Shown: positions 62,910 to 64,000 of the stretch, in pieces
How positions within the stretch are numbered: position 1 is the first letter of the stretch
Layout: the number at the start of each line of letters is the position of its first letter
Assembly: GCA_035526825.1 (NCBI GenBank)
Contig: DATLBT010000012.1
Location: forward strand, 1,414-65,413
From: Verrucomicrobiia bacterium
GTDB taxonomy: Bacteria > Pseudomonadota > Gammaproteobacteria > Nevskiales > Nevskiaceae
Length of the DNA: 64,000 nucleotides
Direction: 5' to 3'
Translations under genes and position numbers: made by a program
The notes under the pieces: model-generated
Databases searched by the model: none
What the model was told of the DNA's origin: nothing
The model's input: the letters and a program-made list of their open reading frames with translations, nothing else

Positions 62910-64000
62910 CTACCTGAGCTTGACCCAATCCTTCTTCGGCACGCGAGCGCGCGCATCCGGCTCTCGTGTCGGCCCTTGCACATCCGGGATGTGGCCGGCC
63001 CGGGCAAGTTGATTGGCTGCGGAGGCGCGTTCCTGCGCTTCGCGCAGCTTGATCTGCTTGAACGTCTGGACGATGTCGCTGCCAGGCTTCACCACGATCT
63101 TGGAAATCTTGTTGGCCTGGCGAATCTGCTGTCGCAGGTCCAGGTTGTGGGGCGTCAGGTGCCAAGGCGGCCCAGCCTTGAGGATGCCCAGAGGCAGTTC
63201 CTTGCGTCCCCGGCGCAGAAAGGCACGGATCAGGCGAACGTCGCCGTCGACGTCGACGATGACGCGAACTTTCTTTCCGATGGAGTCCGTCATCTTGCGA
63301 AGTACGTCGTTGCGATAGCGCGCCCCCAGCAGTTCCACGTAAGGCGACCGGCTTGACTCGCCGCCGCCCCGGATGGTCTTGATGTACTCCAGCCGGAGGA
63401 GCGAGCGCGCCAGTACTTCAGGATTCTCCACGCGCCGCAGCGGCGTCACGGTCTGGCTGTCCCACATGCGGATGAACTCGTTCGGGCTGCGATTGACGAG
63501 GCCGGAATGCGGGTCCGCGTTGTAGTTGGCCAGCATCACGTCGAGCACCTGGCCGATTTCGTCCGGCGTCACCGCATGCTCCGCGGCCGCCTTGAGCGCA
63601 CGTTCCCGCTCCTCTTTCGGGCCCTTCGGGTTGAACCCCACCGGCAAGCGCCGGAACCCATGCGTTTCCAGCGTCTGGTTCAAACGCTCGATGAAGGGAC
63701 GGGCGATCGGATGTGCCACCCGACCGTAATTCAAGGTCGCGCCCACCACCGTTGTCAGGGCCTTCATCGTCTGCTTGGCCGTATTGGCCTTGGCGTTGTC
63801 GAAGCAGACCAGGTCCACGAGTCGACCCCGGGCCTTGGGCGCGATGCCTGAAGGGAACCCTGCCCCGTCCTTGTAGACGAGGCCGGTGAGCGTCAGGGCC
63901 AGAGGCTTCCACGGCGTCAGCGCGTGCACGAACGAGCGCATCACCGCGATCGCCGGATAGTTGGTGCTCCCCAGCCGATAGCTGTAGCCGAGGATCGCGC
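62910..64000 (-). CDS. tniA: TniA/TnsB-like DDE transposase (Mu/rve integrase core), 5' end outside window
   Basis: rve-core segments (VCFDNAKANTAKQ; PFIERLNQTLE; HSGLVNRSPNEFIRMW). The frame stays open upstream of the listed start to the window edge (…AILGYSYRLGSTNYPAIAV). Confidence 0.8.
   Translation of the reverse strand, partial: AILGYSYRLGSTNYPAIAVMRSFVHALTPWKPLALTLTGLVYKDGAGFPSGIAPKARGRLVDLVCFDNAKANTAKQTMKALTTVVGATLNYGRVAHPIARPFIERLNQTLETHGFRRLPVGFNPKGPKEERERALKAAAEHAVTPDEIGQVLDVMLANYNADPHSGLVNRSPNEFIRMWDSQTVTPLRRVENPEVLARSLLRLEYIKTIRGGGESSRSPYVELLGARYRNDVLRKMTDSIGKKVRVIVDVDGDVRLIRAFLRRGRKELPLGILKAGPPWHLTPHNLDLRQQIRQANKISKIVVKPGSDIVQTFKQIKLREAQERASAANQLARAGHIPDVQGPTREPDARARVPKKDWVKLR

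Noticed and set aside
7245-64000. Idea that the TniQ-like gene at 7.2-8.7 kb and the TniA/TniB genes at 62-64 kb (same orientation) belong to one giant Tn7-like element carrying the whole accessory region as cargo
   Set aside because: This cannot be supported from the window. No matching terminal repeats were recognised. The 53-kb interval contains several independent scars, a separate integrase and an IS remnant, which argue for multiple events. It is kept only as a remote alternative under the TniA/TniB finding.
1-64000. CRISPR arrays, rRNA, retron/RT, prophage structural genes
   Set aside because: Reading both strands showed no regularly spaced identical repeats with unique spacers, no rRNA-like conserved segments, no reverse transcriptase motifs (YxDD) and no capsid, tail or terminase-like ORFs.

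Overview
High-GC proteobacterial chromosome segment. Bug/TctC binding proteins, KfrA and a Cre-like integrase hint at a Burkholderiales- or Xanthomonadales-like host, but this cannot be settled from the sequence. The window opens in a flagellar export operon (fliM'-fliN-fliO-fliP plus a FliA-like sigma factor, 1-2.7 kb). Everything after that looks accessory.

(1) About 2.8-22.3 kb is a mosaic mobile/defence island. It holds an unknown protein plus a ComEC-type MBL hydrolase, two tandem degenerate Cre-like recombinase paralogues behind an iteron array, an orphan TniQ-like gene, KfrA, an intact Cre-like integrase, and a DUF5131/TcmP pair. It also holds a small PD-(D/E)XK protein, a frameshifted MmeI-like Type IIG restriction-modification gene, and a Cap2/Cap3-like E2-E1 fusion plus JAB operon. 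That operon has no CD-NTase. It is preceded by a 42-codon Pro/His-rich ORF ending in Gly and faces a divergent WYL regulator.

(2) About 22.4-34.2 kb is a copper island: copA-cueR, copZ, cusF and cusCBA, with three MerR/CueR-type 19-bp-spacer promoters. A lower-GC two-gene insertion splits it.

(3) About 34.3-39 kb is decayed or rearranged: gene remnants, a 5'-truncated FAD oxidoreductase, and a small-alarmone-hydrolase operon.

(4) About 39-55 kb is a signalling cluster: a GAF-PAS-GGDEF-EAL protein, a Bug protein, three paralogous hybrid histidine kinases, and MEDS and FIST proteins.

(5) About 55.4-64 kb holds an IS3 remnant with other gene scars, an M61 peptidase, a RES-Xre toxin-antitoxin pair, and a TniA/TniB transposition module running off the window.

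I found no tRNA, rRNA or CRISPR array. The most interesting candidate for an undescribed system is the cyclase-less E2-E1/JAB operon with its micro-ORF and WYL regulator (18.8-22.3 kb). The DUF5131/TcmP pair and the iteron/recombinase-paralogue/TniQ module come next.
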